56,139 nt of DNA, filler included, from Squatina squatina (GCA_031763465.1; 3 parts of 3 records of this genome joined end to end with filler, not necessarily neighbours in it), one strand, 5' to 3'. Shown: positions 1 through 12,960, numbered from the whole stretch's first letter. Numbers and translations: made by a program. Notes: generated by a model not told the origin, from the letters alone.

Positions 1-165
1 CTCCCCTTCATGATGATGCCCCATCCACTTATTCCTGTCAGCCTACCTCCAGCATCAGTTACCATGGCAATGAGCCAGATGAACCACCTTACCACTATCG
101 CTAACATGGCAGCTGCAGCCCAAGTACAAAGTCCCCCTTCCAGAATGGAAACCTCAGTCATTAAG
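1..165 (+). CDS. DACH1: Dachshund homolog 1, internal coding exon (5' end outside the window)
   Basis: Frame 1 reads LPFMMMPHPLIPVSLPPASVTMAMSQMNHLTTIANMAAAAQVQSPPSRMETSVIK, near-identical to vertebrate DACH1. It ends at a phase-0 donor AAG|GTAAAT (GT at 166-167). Confidence 0.93.
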
Positions 166-260
166 GTAAATGTGCTCCAGCATGGCAGTTGACTAATAAC
201 ATGGATGATGCCAACATTCTGTACTGAAAGGGTGTTGTCATACTGTTCTGGAAAGGTTAC

Positions 261-820
261 GGGGCAGAAATTCAGCTGCTGTTTCGCCCTGTTAGCGCCT
301 CTGAGGGGTGCAAACAGGGCGAAAAAGCACAAAATGGCACCAGGAGGCGGCCATCTTGCCTCCCGGGGAATTCACCTGGCGCCTTGCCCGGCGAATTCCA
401 CGGAGGGTCAGTGCGCAACGTCATTAAAGTGCGCACCGACCCTTAGCGCGCAGCTGCGACCCACTGGGTGGCCCATTTGCGTCCTGTGTCACCCACGGGA
501 CACGGCCGGCACGCTGGTTGGTTCCAGCGACAGTGAAACCTGTCACAGCAACGGGTGTCCTAAAGGGAAGGGCCTGAGCGCCGGCGGCCATCATCTTTAT
601 TTGTCGGCCGACTCTATGGTCGGCTGACTGTTGGCGGCCCACGGCCGGTTCGGGCCACCAGTAGCGGGCTGCCGCCAGGATGGTTGGTGGCCCTCCCCTT
701 TAAGGGACTCCGCGCACTGTATCTGACACCAGCACGCAGTGACACAGACGTGGCGCATTGACATCGCTGGTGCGGCGCTCGCGCCATGCCAGCGATGTCC
801 CCGGCCGGCCGCCCCAGTTC
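261..820. mobile_element. GC-rich non-autonomous DNA transposon (PIF/Harbinger-type MITE), truncated by a gap
   Basis: Abrupt GC/CpG-rich island in an AT-rich intron, starting GGGGCAGAAATTC. This mirrors the ...AATTGGCCCC and ...AATTTCACCCC ends of similar islands at 17968 and 19258. Internal short hairpins. Confidence 0.6.
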
Positions 821-1641
821 NNNNNNNNNNNNNNNNNNNNNNNNNNNNNNNNNNNNNNNNNNNNNNNNNNNNNNNNNNNNNNNNNNNNNNNNNNNNNNNN
901 NNNNNNNNNNNNNNNNNNNNCAGGGGAGTCACTCTTCACAATAAAGCAATCTATGACTGTGAACGGGTCACTGGACTCTGAAAATAATGTAACTGCTCCG
1001 GTTTGATTTCCTTTGGAGATGCAACCTTTGGGTGCAATTGCATAACCTCACCAGCTCATGGTTTGAGATCCCAAGCATTTACATATGAGGATTTCACTGT
1101 GTATATAAATATTAAATAGCAGACATGTCAGGGAAAGAGCAAGTGGCCAGTTATACTGGGCAGTTTTTACCGATTCAAAGAGGTAGTCTCATGCTATTTT
1201 GCCTTCACATCACCTATAGTATACCTGGAACTGGTACAAAGTAGCTCTTTGTGGCAATAACAATTGGGCACATAGGTCCACACATTGCAGAGTGTTCTGC
1301 TTTGCCTCCCAGAGTGATGCAGAAACAACAATATTGATCAACACTACAAAATCGCATTGTTGTAAGGTGGTGCCAGTGGCAACCTGGCACCTGTAGTTTA
1401 ACAACATCAGGTTCTAACCATTTAAATGGCATTCACAAATGGCCTCAGGTTTGATGCCTTCTGAACCCCGTGATTGAATTTAGTTCCTCACATGTTTCTT
1501 GTTACTTATCTATTTTTTTTTCTTGCTATTCTCTTGCATCAATCTCTCCCTGTTTCAGACCTTGAGTTTTCGAGTTCTCAGGGAGCGTCCGTATCATTCG
1601 CCGCTTCCTTGTTTCAACCTTTTGCTGCTGTCGTTTTGTAG

Positions 1642-1777
1642 GAACGTGTTCCTGACAGCCCATCACCTGCTCCGTCACTGGAAGATGGCCGCCGGCCAGG
1701 GAGTCATCCTTCTTCCCATCGAAGCAGCAGCGTGTCGAGTTCGCCAGCTCGGACTGAGAGCTCCTCTGATAGAATCC
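1642..1777 (+). CDS. DACH1: Dachshund homolog 1, next coding exon (136 nt)
   Basis: Acceptor TTTTGTAG| precedes ERVPDSPSPAPSLEDGRRPGSHPSSHRSSSVSSSPARTESSSDRI, followed by donor C|GTGAGT. It continues in phase from exon 1-165 and matches DACH1. The ORF track does not show this frame. Confidence 0.93.
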
Positions 1778-4226
1778 GTGAGTTCCTTCTATCGACACTT
1801 TCTGTACTAAATTTTTCATTTGGCTAATTTATTAAAGAATGCTTCCAATGCAGTATCTGTTCTTGAGGGTTTACAGGGCAAAGGTGAAGGAAGATCAACA
1901 CCATAACATAAAGTGAAAGGGGTTAAATATTCTAAAGCAAATATAAAGACACTATAGTATTTGAAATGATTACGTTGCAGTTGAATCCGAATGTCATTTT
2001 TTTCCTAACTTTTTTTTAACCTTCCTCTTCTCCTGATTCACTGACTGCTGTTGAAATGTGGTTCCATTGATGCCAGCAGTCCACCATTATCCAGCCCATT
2101 TTTCACCTGTGACCTTAGACATGAAGGGATGTATTTCCATGCCTCCCTCCACCCTGATGCTGGATAGGAACAGCGCACCTGCATTCCCAAGAGGGCAAAG
2201 GCCAGGACCCTGAAATGTCACAGGGACTAATTGCCAATAGAATACAAGCTTATATGATGGGCACGTGGACTTTCCAGGATGGGGGTACTGTTTAGCGTCA
2301 TGGAGGAGGATATCCTGTTTGATTCTCCCCCTCCCAAGTCTAGAGGTGTTGAGCCAACTGCAGCTCCAAAACTGTGGCTCCAGTAGTGAGTGGAGCATCA
2401 AACCTGGAACCTTCAGGTCTCAGTCCCCCACCAGTTCACCTAATTGGCCATTGGGGAAGTTCTCCACTGATTTAATTGTAACAATCACTTGTTGCATAAT
2501 GAACAATGTAGCCTGGAAGTCCTGGAATATATGAAGTAAGGCTTTGACATGCTGGGAAAAGTCCAATGTCAATAGGTATGGCCCATGTGTATTGTAACAN
2601 NNNNNNNNNNNNNNNNNNNNNNNNNNNNNNNNNNNNNNNNNNNNNNNNNNNNNNNNNNNNNNNNNNNNNNNNNNNNNNNNNNNNNNNNNNNNNNNNNNNT
2701 CTTAATCCTATCTTTCCTTCCCTCTCTCTTTATTTCTCTTTCTGTACCTGATTTGACATTGAATTCACCCTCCTTTGCAGTTTGTTTATTTCTCAATCTA
2801 TAAATCTCATACGTTAAGGAGATATCCTGTTGGTCCCATAATTTGCCAAGGTCCCAGATGCCCCATTGCCCTTGCCACGGCAATACCAGCTCGCACTTTC
2901 AGCAACCTACAGGGCAAACAATTTTGAACTGAAGGGTGCAGGAACAAGTAACCGGACATGTTGTGAGGTGCCCCGCTCCAGCAAATTCTGGGCTATTCTA
3001 CTTTCCTTTTGCTAAACCGTTATGGGAAATCTATTGGGGTTTCTTGTTTCCCAACCATATACTCTTGACTGTTCTGCACATTAGTTACCATGCAACCTAA
3101 TTATAAAAATGGATATGGCTTGCAGAATTTAGTCAGTGTAATGTAATTGAAGTAATGTCCTGTGTAAACGCCACATGACTGGAAACATACTTGTGGGATT
3201 TCATTATTTTCATTCAGCCTCACAGCCAGATGATTATTCCAACATTTTCTTGTTGATAATGGTGTTAAAACACAATTATAATTTAGAATAACCTGAAATT
3301 GTTTCAGCAAAAGTGCGCCTCTTTTAAAACAAAGCACAATTTTGTTTTTAAAATAAAGAATAATCCATTAATGCAAAGGACTGCAAGCAAATTGCTTAGC
3401 AATTTGCTGAGGATGAATTAATGAACAGATCTTCATCCAGCTCCCAGAGTTGCAATTTTCATAATAACCTCAGACCTCTTCTTTGGCAGGTTGTTTAGAT
3501 TTTCTTTGGTTTGAAGATTTTCATTAGTCTAATGAGTACTGTGGAAGGGCAAGTAGTCAGGACAATTTACATTGAATTCCAATCACAACAAATGAGACAA
3601 TTTGAATAACGTGTATGGGTTTGTGCAAAAGGTTGTACAACAGGGTCTGGAGTTGACTAATACATTAGATCAACTAATAATTAAAGTAATCCCAATAAAA
3701 GCGTGTTGTTGGCGGATAAAATTAATAATAGACACACAACTGTAAGGAGATGATGCATTGTTGTGTANNNNNNNNNNTCCAGTTGCGAGTCCCTCTGACC
3801 TTTTGTCCATTCATTCTAGTACATTTAAACCAACACACTGCATATGTAACTAGATTAAATTGGTAGATTATGGGCACCAAGGAGAGTGTGATAGGTTAGC
3901 CATTGGCTACACTCAGACTTCCCTTGGTGATTTTATCAAAATGGTTCTGGTGTTTTTCCAGCTGCCCTTCCAGTTGACTGCAAACACTGTAATTAAGCAT
4001 TCTCAAAATGTCTTGTTTTAGTAACTGGAGATAAGTGTGCTGTACTTATGATGTAAACAGAAGATGGCTCCATAATTACCATTTGTGTAATGATTAAAGA
4101 GGAAATAGACCAGGAATCTCTCTTGGNNNNNNNNNNNNNNNNNNNNNNNNNNNNNNNNNNNNNNNNNNNNNNNNNNNNNNNNNNNNNNNNNNNNNNNNNN
4201 NNNNNNNNNNNNNNNNNNNNNNNNNN

Positions 4227-4475
4227 TGGGCGGCGTGCACACTTATGACGTCACAGCGCCACAATAACCCGAAAGCCAAGGCCTCAAGCCTTATGGGCTT
4301 TGCGCTGGCGCAAATGGGAGCCAAATTTTGCGCCTGCATTTTTGCGCCTAAAATGCCTTTACGCCAGTTTTGCACCGATTTCGCGCTAGAAATTTTACCT
4401 CGAATTGGCCGCCCTATATCTTCAGGACAAAGGGGAAAATAGGCCAAAAAGCATCTAAAATCAGACTTTGGCATT
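4227..4475. mobile_element. Fragment of a GC-rich MITE-like repeat
   Basis: CpG-rich segment with repeated (G)GCGC/AAATT motifs next to a gap, in the same style as 261-820 and 18745-19258. Confidence 0.4.
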
Positions 4476-7400
4476 TAATTAAATAACTATTTTGTTTCTT
4501 TTTTAATTGAGAAACCTCGGTGCTTAGTATAGGACAAATAGCAAGGCGGAAAATAGTGAGAGAGAAGACAAGAAATTGAGCTTCGCTGAAGCTAAGCTTG
4601 TTTCCTTGTAGGATGTAATGAGTTGTATTTTCTGGAGATAGTTAATCATGGAAGGCAAGTGAAATGAAGTTATTTACTTTGGATTAAGCAGATCTAAACA
4701 GACTCCTGTTTTCCTATACAAACAGAGCTTAAGAATGCTAAATTATCTTTGGCAGCTTACAGTGTANNNNNNNNNNNNNNNNNNNNNNNNNNNNNNNNNN
4801 NNNNNNNNNNNNNNNNNNNNNNNNNNNNNNNNNNNNNNNNNNNNNNNNNNNNNNNNNNNNNNNNNNTCTGTTGCCTCCTAGTTTAAAGAGAAACCATTGC
4901 CAAAAAGGTAGAAGAAAAAGAGAAATATATTGATGAATTTTTTAAGAAGTTATATAAATGATAAAAAGAACGCCTTTCAAAATGTCAAAGTCCGAAGAAT
5001 TTTTGCAATTTTCACGACAGTATTTTCAGTCGGGACAGATTGCTTGGTTTGAGTCTGATTTGTAAACCTGACAAAAGACCTCACAGTTATAGATTGTTTC
5101 CTGCTTCACATATTATCCATTGTGTCCTCTATTAGGCCTGTCTATCTAAACTCTGTTAATGTTGCCACTGAGCCGTCCTAAAGGCCCCGCAGGATATGAA
5201 TGGGTTACCATGATAAAATAAAGATAAATAACAGCTACATTTGTTCAAGATTCCGATTTAAGAAAAGTAATTTTCCTAACGCTCTCCCTTTCACTCCAGA
5301 CGTTTTTTTTTTGCAGTTGGAGGAATTTGTCAGTTTTTCTGGCCTGGATTGTTTTGCCAAAATTACTGCAGCACTTTAGAAATGAACGTGAGCTGCCATT
5401 GGAACATGGGCGACATTTAGCTGCCATTTACTTCTGTCTATCCACACTCTGGGTGGAATTCAAACACACCAAAGCAGTGAAATGAATGATGATAATTGCA
5501 ATGGTCTTAAGCAGATTGAAGGCACTCGTTCAATAGCAAAAAAAGAAAATCCCTGTAGCTTTCCATTCTAATGTTGTTGGCAGTGTGAAAGGAGGGGTTT
5601 GCGACGGAGGGGGAAGGTTATGCAGTGCGGATGTGGAGCAGATTTAGCATGAGCGCAAAATCAGCTTGGAAACATGAATTCTGAACGGAAATGAGATAAA
5701 TTAACCATTTAGAAGAGGCTAGATGCAAACTGCGTAATTTAACACCTGCTTTAGAATGTATCAACCAAAAATAATCCTTTTATTATTTACATGTGTGCTG
5801 TGCAAGTCAACAGTGTCTAAATAACAAATCTGCTAAACGTGATTCTTGGCCCTTACTGCGATTTTTCATTAGTGCTTACAAAATCCATTTTAACGGTTTT
5901 CTCCCATACACCTTCTCCCTCAGGCCCATCCAAACCAAATTTCACAGCCAGCCTCTATAGCTTTTGAAATGGAAAAATGGTTTCGCAGAGAGTTCTTGTT
6001 AGAGGATAGCTTCTTGAGAAGTTTGGAGGCTTTCAAACAGACACCAGCAGGATGGGGGGCGCCATGGTTGTTTCCAAGAGTACATTGGACGAAGAACACA
6101 ATCACCACCCACNNNNNNNNNNNNNNNNNNNNNNNNNNNNNNNNNNNNNNNNNNNNNNNNNNNNNNNNNNNNNNNNNNNNNNNNNNNNNNNNNNNNNNNN
6201 NNNNNNNNNNNNTTAATGAAGGCACACTGGTACAGCTGGGATTGTTTAATATTTTACGAGTCTTACTTTGTTTTTGCTCCGAATGAGCTCGGGCAGTCAA
6301 GGATTTATGAAACGTGTTTTTTTTTGTGCAGCCCATCTGTGATTTCCTATCTTTTGTGGCCTTGAGAATATGTTTAAATTTATTAAAGAGAAGCAAAGGC
6401 TCATTATTTCAAAGTAGTGCCAAAGTGACACCGTGAATTGGTTATTAATGGAAAGGTACTGCCATAGGGCGGTTGGAATTTAATGATATCCTCCAAGAAA
6501 ATATGAGGGTGTCACTTTCTGAAAAGTCATGCTAAATGTCAGCTTTTAAAGTCACGTCGCTAATTTTCTGCTCTGGCACAGTAATGTTTTCTATAGCATT
6601 TAAGAAACACGGACCACTGCATTTTGCTGATTATCCTCTCACCTTCCCGAGCACGGCAAATGTGCTTGCACAGCCTGTCATTTAATCTCTAAATGTAGTG
6701 AATGGAAAAATAACATATCTCTTTCACACTCAACCGAGACAGTTCGTATGTCCCCACCCCCACCGAACCCCCTCCCCCCAAGTTGTTCTGCCTGTCCACA
6801 TGCAAATATATCGGCCCCCATATGTTCTCTGTTAGGCACTTTTTAACCAGTCTCTCAATACTGCCTTGATTTTTTTTTAAATCAGCATTATTTGTCCTTT
6901 CTACTCGCTTTCAACTCAGCATTGCTGCTCGCTGACCTTCCGTCTCAGAGGAATGGTTCAATCCATTCGGTGCTTCCCTTTTATTTATTCCGTTGGGCTT
7001 TTTTTTCTCTCGACATGGCGAACGATGGCAGTGCTCGGGATGTTAGAAAAGTTTTTATTTTGATTAACTGGAGAGAAAGGAACAGGTAGGCTTGTTCAGG
7101 ACAATGTGAGCCGAGGCTGAGTTTGCTCTACGTTTTGTATCTGCCCACTGCGATTGGGTGGAATCACAAACAAAGGTATCACTGGCATTGTAAGNNNNNN
7201 NNNNNNNNNNNNNNNNNNNNNNNNNNNNNNNNNNNNNNNNNNNNNNNNNNNNNNNNNNNNNNNNNNNNNNNNNNNNNNNNNNNNNNNNNNNNNNNNNNNN
7301 NNNNNNNNNNNNNNNNNNNNNNNNNNNNNNNNNNNNNNNNNNNNNNNNNNNNNNNNNNNNNNNNNNNNNNNNNNNNNNNNNNNNNNNNNNNNNNNNNNNN

Positions 7401-8018
7401 NNNNNNNNNNNNNNNNNNNNNNNNNNNNNNNNNNNNNNNNNNNNNNNNNNNNNNNNNNNNNNNNNNNNNNNNNNNNNNNNNNNNNNNNNNNNNNNNNNNN
7501 NNNNNNNNNNNNNNNNNNNNNNNNNNNNNNNNNNNNNNNNNNNNNNNNNNNNNNNNNNNNNNNNNNNNNNNAATGGTGACACACTAGCGCCGCTGTGTTT
7601 ACCAGCAGAGAACCGAACACGCTGCCTGCTTTGCAGCAACACGGTTGGTTCTGCACCATTCCATGCGGTACGTAACACAGAAACCACCAAAAAAATTTCT
7701 TGGATGTAGGAGACAGCAGATTTGGACTCTGCATTCCATTGCCCTGGTTGTTGGGCCCGACCGTAATTCATTGTGCTGTGGACTGCAAAAAAAATGCTCA
7801 CCGTGGATTTCAGGTTCAAGATGGTAACCGACATTAGAGATGTACGACATTGCAGTTGAACATTTTTTGACAACGCGACAATCTTAGGAAGCAAGGCAAG
7901 AGGGCCCTTTTAAGAATTGCTGAATGGTTCTACGGAATTAAAAAATGACAATCTGTCACAGAGGTTCTGAAGGAAAGGGCTGCATGATCTGCAAACTCAA
8001 AATGTCGTACTGAAAGAG

Positions 8019-8239
8019 TAGGGTGGCCAGATTTTCATGACCCTGAACCGGGACAATGAGGCACCTGATGTCCCATTTTTGTTTGCACAGACCTGACTGC
8101 GCAGCGCAGCCAGGGCTCCGTCGGGTCTGCGCATGCACAGTCAGTTCTGTGCAAAAAAAACAGGACATTTGAGCCATTTTCAGATAAGTGTCGGGGCGCG
8201 GGGACACTTACTGAAAAAGCGGGATGTCTGGTCATCGTA
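8019..8239. mobile_element. hAT (Blackjack-like) MITE with terminal inverted repeats and 8-bp TSD
   Basis: Left end TAGGGTGGCCAGAT and right end GTCTGGTCATCGTA form an imperfect inverted repeat. Flanks are TGAAAGAG (8011-8018) and TGAAAGGG (8240-8247), a 7/8 match for an 8-bp TSD. Subterminal GGGAC motifs are present. Confidence 0.8.
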
Positions 8240-9558
8240 TGAAAGGGTTAACTGCAGCTCAAAGAAGTGCCATAGTTAATCGCATTCACTAACAGTCCAG
8301 AAATACAATAACTGTGAGCTACGCAGCTATGTGAGGATAATGACGCATCACGCAGAAGACACTGGAATCCCAGAGCCTTCCAGTACAAAGATATTAACCA
8401 CAGCATTGAGACACGGATATTTCCAGTGCCTCACAATGGTTTACTATGTGTTAGCAGTGACAGGTTCTTCATTGTCATTTGCCAAAGTTTACACATTGAG
8501 TCATTCGTTCATTGACTGGCCCTTTTAACAGTAAACCTCACAATAAGAGTGAGACAATTAATCCGAAGGCTATTTATCAATGCCAAGAACCGTCAGGGGC
8601 CCCCGTTGTAACCAGAGAAAAAGCAATTTCACATTATGACATTTCATTCTGAATACATTGTATTTACAGCTCTCCATTTTATATTTTGCAGCCTATTATC
8701 AGGTGAAAGAGTTGCGGCTGAAATGTTGTTTGTGACGCAGGTGACCTGTTAGGATTTGATAAGTATTTACTGCAGAGCACCCGGAGGGTTGTCACATCTG
8801 TTGTTGGCAGAAGCGATGGAAAAAAAATAACCTGGAAATGAGGCGTTTGATTTTTCTGGTTCCTACACTCAAGCATCTGTTGCTATAATTAAGTGGCGCT
8901 CAATAATTGCAAACTATTTAACAGATGGCATAACACATAAAGCAGGATAAACATTATACTAACGCTGATTTTTCCCCTCTAACATTATCAAATGGAGGAA
9001 ACATTTACCCCGATATTATACAGGGCTCAGGTTTAGCTTATTATTGATTTATTTTTAAATACAAAAAGGTTTGCATTTTATTTCAATGGCAAGTTAAAGG
9101 TCATTCATACTTGCCCCCGCCGATAACGAACAGGATATGCCTCTAATTAAGTCTCAATAACTGGTTTCTTTATATAGCGATTAACACGTACACGAAGGAC
9201 TCCCTGCGGATTACCACTTGTACCATTTAACACATAATTTGATTTGGCATCCGATGCTGAGGAGCAAGCCATTTGCTGGATTACAAAGGTGGCATAGCAC
9301 ATTGGGAAACAAACTACACAGCAGAACGTCATGCCAATTGATAAACCTGACTCAAGACCTTCCAGAAGAATGAAAAATGCCATCAGGCACATGCACTGTA
9401 ACTTTGTGAGTTTATATAGGCTCCCGAAGGAAATTTAGTGTTGTACCGCCCAAAATACATGGCTGTGGTCTCTTGCTGTGCACTGCAACATTGCAAATTT
9501 CAGATTGCCGCTGTATTCTGGAAACAAGCCAATGTACTGAGGCTTTAGGAATACTTAC

Positions 9559-9609
9559 ATCATGGTAATATTCCAACATGCTCTGAAGGATTTTCTTCAG
9601 GTTGCTTAC
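9559..9609 (-). CDS. HOOK2: Hook microtubule-tethering protein, 51-nt internal exon (most like HOOK2)
   Basis: Minus strand: acceptor CAG|, VSNLKKILQSMLEYYHD, donor |GTAAGT. Phase 0-0, 17 codons, matching the conserved Hook-domain segment (K-V/I-SNLKK...EY...D/E). The paralog assignment is less certain than the family. Confidence 0.78.
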
Positions 9610-10731
9610 CTGCATTAGAACAGATTTAAAACAGTCAGAATCTCCCAGACAAGCACAAAGGAAGGGAATAGTCAAGGACTCAGTTCATTCCTTTTTAGTA
9701 ACAGATGATGATCTCAAAAAAGCACTGTAAGCTCCATTACAGCAATTACATTCCAACCAATAATAAAGGCTGTGGAAAAATAATTTGATCTTGCACTTTT
9801 CCATGTAATTTTAAACTTGTTTACACACACCAGCATCATAATTAGGGGAAAAGGAGTAAAAAGAGATCCTAAAATGCATTTAGTTTGCAACTCATCTGCA
9901 TAATCAGTATTTTACTCTGTTCTGGTGATAAAGTTCTTTGAGTATAAAGCAGGATGAACACTGTACTAACACTGATTTTTCCCCCGCTAATATTATCAAA
10001 NNNNNNNNNNNNNNNNNNNNNNNNNNNNNNNNNNNNNNNNNNNNNNNNNNNNNNNNNNNNNNNNNNNNNNNNNNNNNNNNNNNNNNNNNNNNNNNNNNNN
10101 GAACAGAAGGAGAACTATTTTTTGTTGATGGCAGCTGCTTGACTTTAATAATTAACTTTCCCAGAAGATTGAACTGTTTGTATAATTAATCGCTAACTTA
10201 AAATTGTAAGGGAGAAGTTGGCACTGGCAAAAAATGGACAAACTATTAATTCAAGACAGTTCGGTTTCATTTTAACCAAGGTTTTAAACAATAAACCATT
10301 GCAGTTCTGCTTTAAACTGCCCAACTATTAAACAACTCGCCCTCGATTGAGAAAGTGTGCAGAGCAAGGGGTGGAAGGAAACACAATATTTAAAGCTAGC
10401 AACAACCTCTCGCCATGCATTTCAGTGGTGAATATAGCATTCCACTTTATAGATTTTATATAAGGTCTGTATACTGAATCTTCAGGCGAGATAGAATTGC
10501 TTGTTCATTAACTGTGAATGCTGTATACTCACACATGCTNNNNNNNNNNNNNNNNNNNNNNNNNNNNNNNNNNNNNNNNNNNNNNNNNNNNNNNNNNNNN
10601 NNNNNNNNNNNNNNNNNNNNNNNNNNNNNNNNNNNNNNNNNNNNNNNNNNNNNNNNNNNNNNNNNNNNNNNNNNNNNNNNNNNNNNNNNNNNNNNNNNNN
10701 NNNNNNNNNNNNNNNNNNNNNNNNNNNNNNN

Positions 10732-11265
10732 ACTTGTGAGAATATAGCGCCTTTAACATAGTGAAACATCTCAAGATGCTTCATAGGAGTATTCTAAGTT
10801 TTAAAAAATTGACCCCAAGCTGCATAAGGAGAAATTAAGGCAGGTGACCAAAAGCGTGGACACAGAAATAGGTTTTAATGAGCGTCTTGAAGGCGGAAAG
10901 AGAGGTAGGGAGGCGGAGAGGTTTAGGCTGGGAATTCCAGAGCTTAGAGCCTAGGCAACAGAAGGCACGGCCACCAAGGGTGGAGCAATTAAAATCGGGG
11001 ATGCTGAAGAGAATTAGAGGAGCGCAGATATCTTGGGGGGGGCTTTGGGGCTGGAGAAGATGACAAAGATAGGGAAGGGCGAGGCCATGAAGGAATTTCA
11101 AAAAACGAGGATGAGAGTTCTGAAATCCAGGCACTGCTAACTGGGACCCAATGTAGGTCAGCGAGCACAGGGATGATGGGTGAATGGGACGTGGTGCGAG
11201 TTAGGACACGGGCAGCCGAGTTTTGGATGACCTCAAGCTTAAGTAGGGTAGAATGCGGGAGGCCG
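10732..11265 (-). mobile_element. L2-clade LINE, 3' end (degenerate ORF2 C-terminus and tail)
   Basis: Minus frames give IQNSAARVLTRT..SPIIPVLADLHW and GGRAF..LG.KLWNS.PKPLRL..SLSAFKTL.KTY, typical of L2 ORF2. Tail AAAGGCGCTATAT. Confidence 0.85.
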
Positions 11266-11909
11266 TTACGTGTACACACACTCACTCACACACACGCACC
11301 ACGTAAAAGATTCCTGTTAGTGTTCAGCGCTGTCTATGGTGCTAAGATGAATTAGAATGGAAAAATAAGTACAATCAAAGTCCTCATTATGCTGCACAAA
11401 TGGATGTACAACACATGAATCTGTTTTTTTTTTAGTATTTGTCAGGTAAATAAAGTAGCTTTCTACATTCCTGAGACTGACAGGCTAATCAGTAATTTGG
11501 GAGTGATGCGATGCCAGTCGCACTAACTGCGACATGGTGGCTTCTCACAATCTTCCACCTCATCTTAAAAGAGTTTGTGTGGCCAACGGTTTTAGTGAAG
11601 GAGTCAACTTCTGCAAAATGTAAATTTCTGAAGTACAGCATCAGAATTATAGATGAAATGCAACCCAGGTATCTTCAGGTACCTCAGCTAACTCACCCTC
11701 ATAGCAGCAGGCTGCGATGGTTGAATGTGATTATAATATTAAATATATAACATCAAACATGTTGTTCATGATTTAAATTGTCCAGTAGGGAATTCTGAAG
11801 AAACTTCTTNNNNNNNNNNNNNNNNNNNNNNNNNNNNNNNNNNNNNNNNNNNNNNNNNNNNNNNNNNNNNNNNNNNNNNNNNNNNNNNNNNNNNNNNNNN
11901 NNNNNNNNN

Positions 11910-12070
11910 AGACAGATTTTTGAGCAATAGGGGAATCAAAGGTTATGGGGAACAGGCAGGAAAGTAGAGGTGAGGCCAGAATCAGATCAGCCATGATCTC
12001 ATTGAATGGCAGAGCAGGCTCGAGGGGCTGAATAGTCTGCTCCTGCTCCTATTTCTTATGTTATGTTCTT
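11910..12070 (+). mobile_element. CR1/HER1-like LINE 3' tail
   Basis: GATCAGCCATGATCTCATTGAATGGCAGAGCAGGCTCGAGGGGCTGAAT...CCTGCTCCTATTTCTTATGTT is the characteristic elasmobranch CR1-type 3' UTR. Confidence 0.8.
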
Positions 12071-12479
12071 AAGGGGAGTTCTGAATTTGTATTTTGTTAA
12101 ATATATATCTATTTGATCAAAATATAAATGAGAATTCGGTATCTAAAAAAAAATCTATTGATAAAAATACAAGAGTTCTGAATTTGTTTCAATGATTTCA
12201 ATGGCACATTACTTTTTTTTTTGGCTCTTAAAGGGCTGTAGCCTTGCCCTTTAAATCCCATATTTGTCAATGACTGATATTCTAGGACTGGTAACTAAAT
12301 GCTTACAGTGTATGTGCAGATGCTGGGATTATCTCCAATGTTTTCACTCAATCTGCTGTAGAAATACATGGAATAAATAGTATAAACTAATTAACGTGGC
12401 ACCAGCTGTTGCCACTGTTTGGCAGGCATCTGTAGATCGAGAGCCGCAGTATTTTTCTCTGTAATTTGGTGCGTGCAGT

Positions 12480-12674
12480 CTAAGCAGGGAGTAAGGATGG
12501 AGCACTAGTACTGGAATTAGCTGAGTGCACTCTCAGCAAGAATGAGGCCAGAGCACCAGTAGTGGAATTAGGTGAGTGCACTCTGAGCAGGGAGTAAGAA
12601 GGGAGCAGCTGTGGTGGAATTAGGTGAGTGCACTCGAAGCAGGGAGTGAGGAGGGAGCACCAGTAGTGGAATTC
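12480..12674. repeat. Minisatellite, ~52-bp unit, about 3.5 copies visible, running into a gap
   Basis: GAGCACCAGTAGTGGAATTAGGTGAGTGCACTC...GCAGGGAGT recurs at about 12500, 12551, 12603 and 12655. Confidence 0.85.
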
Positions 12675-12774
12675 NNNNNNNNNNNNNNNNNNNNNNNNNN
12701 NNNNNNNNNNNNNNNNNNNNNNNNNNNNNNNNNNNNNNNNNNNNNNNNNNNNNNNNNNNNNNNNNNNNNNNNNN

Positions 12775-12960
12775 CAACATTTATCCCTCAATCAGAACAG
12801 ATTAACTGCTCGTTTGTTTGTTTGCTGGGACCTTGCTGTGTGCAAATTGGCAGCCGTGATTGCTTACAAAACAACAGTGGCTGCACTTCAAAAGTGATTG
12901 ATGGCAGCAAAGTGCTTTAGGATATCCCAAGGTCATAAAAGGCTCTATAGAATTGCAATT
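12775..12960 (+). mobile_element. 3' part of a DeuSINE (SacSINE1-like)
   Basis: Similar to 40730-40930 (CAACATTTATCCCTCAA...GTGTGCAAATTGGC...AAAAGGCTCTATAG). Confidence 0.6.

Noticed and set aside
205-1006. Multiple overlapping ORFs of 70-140 aa
   Set aside because: They result from a stop-poor GC-rich MITE plus an N gap and show no protein similarity.
12480-12674. Regularly spaced repeats resembling a CRISPR array
   Set aside because: The inter-repeat parts are themselves homologous, there are no unique spacers or cas genes, and the context is vertebrate. This is a minisatellite.
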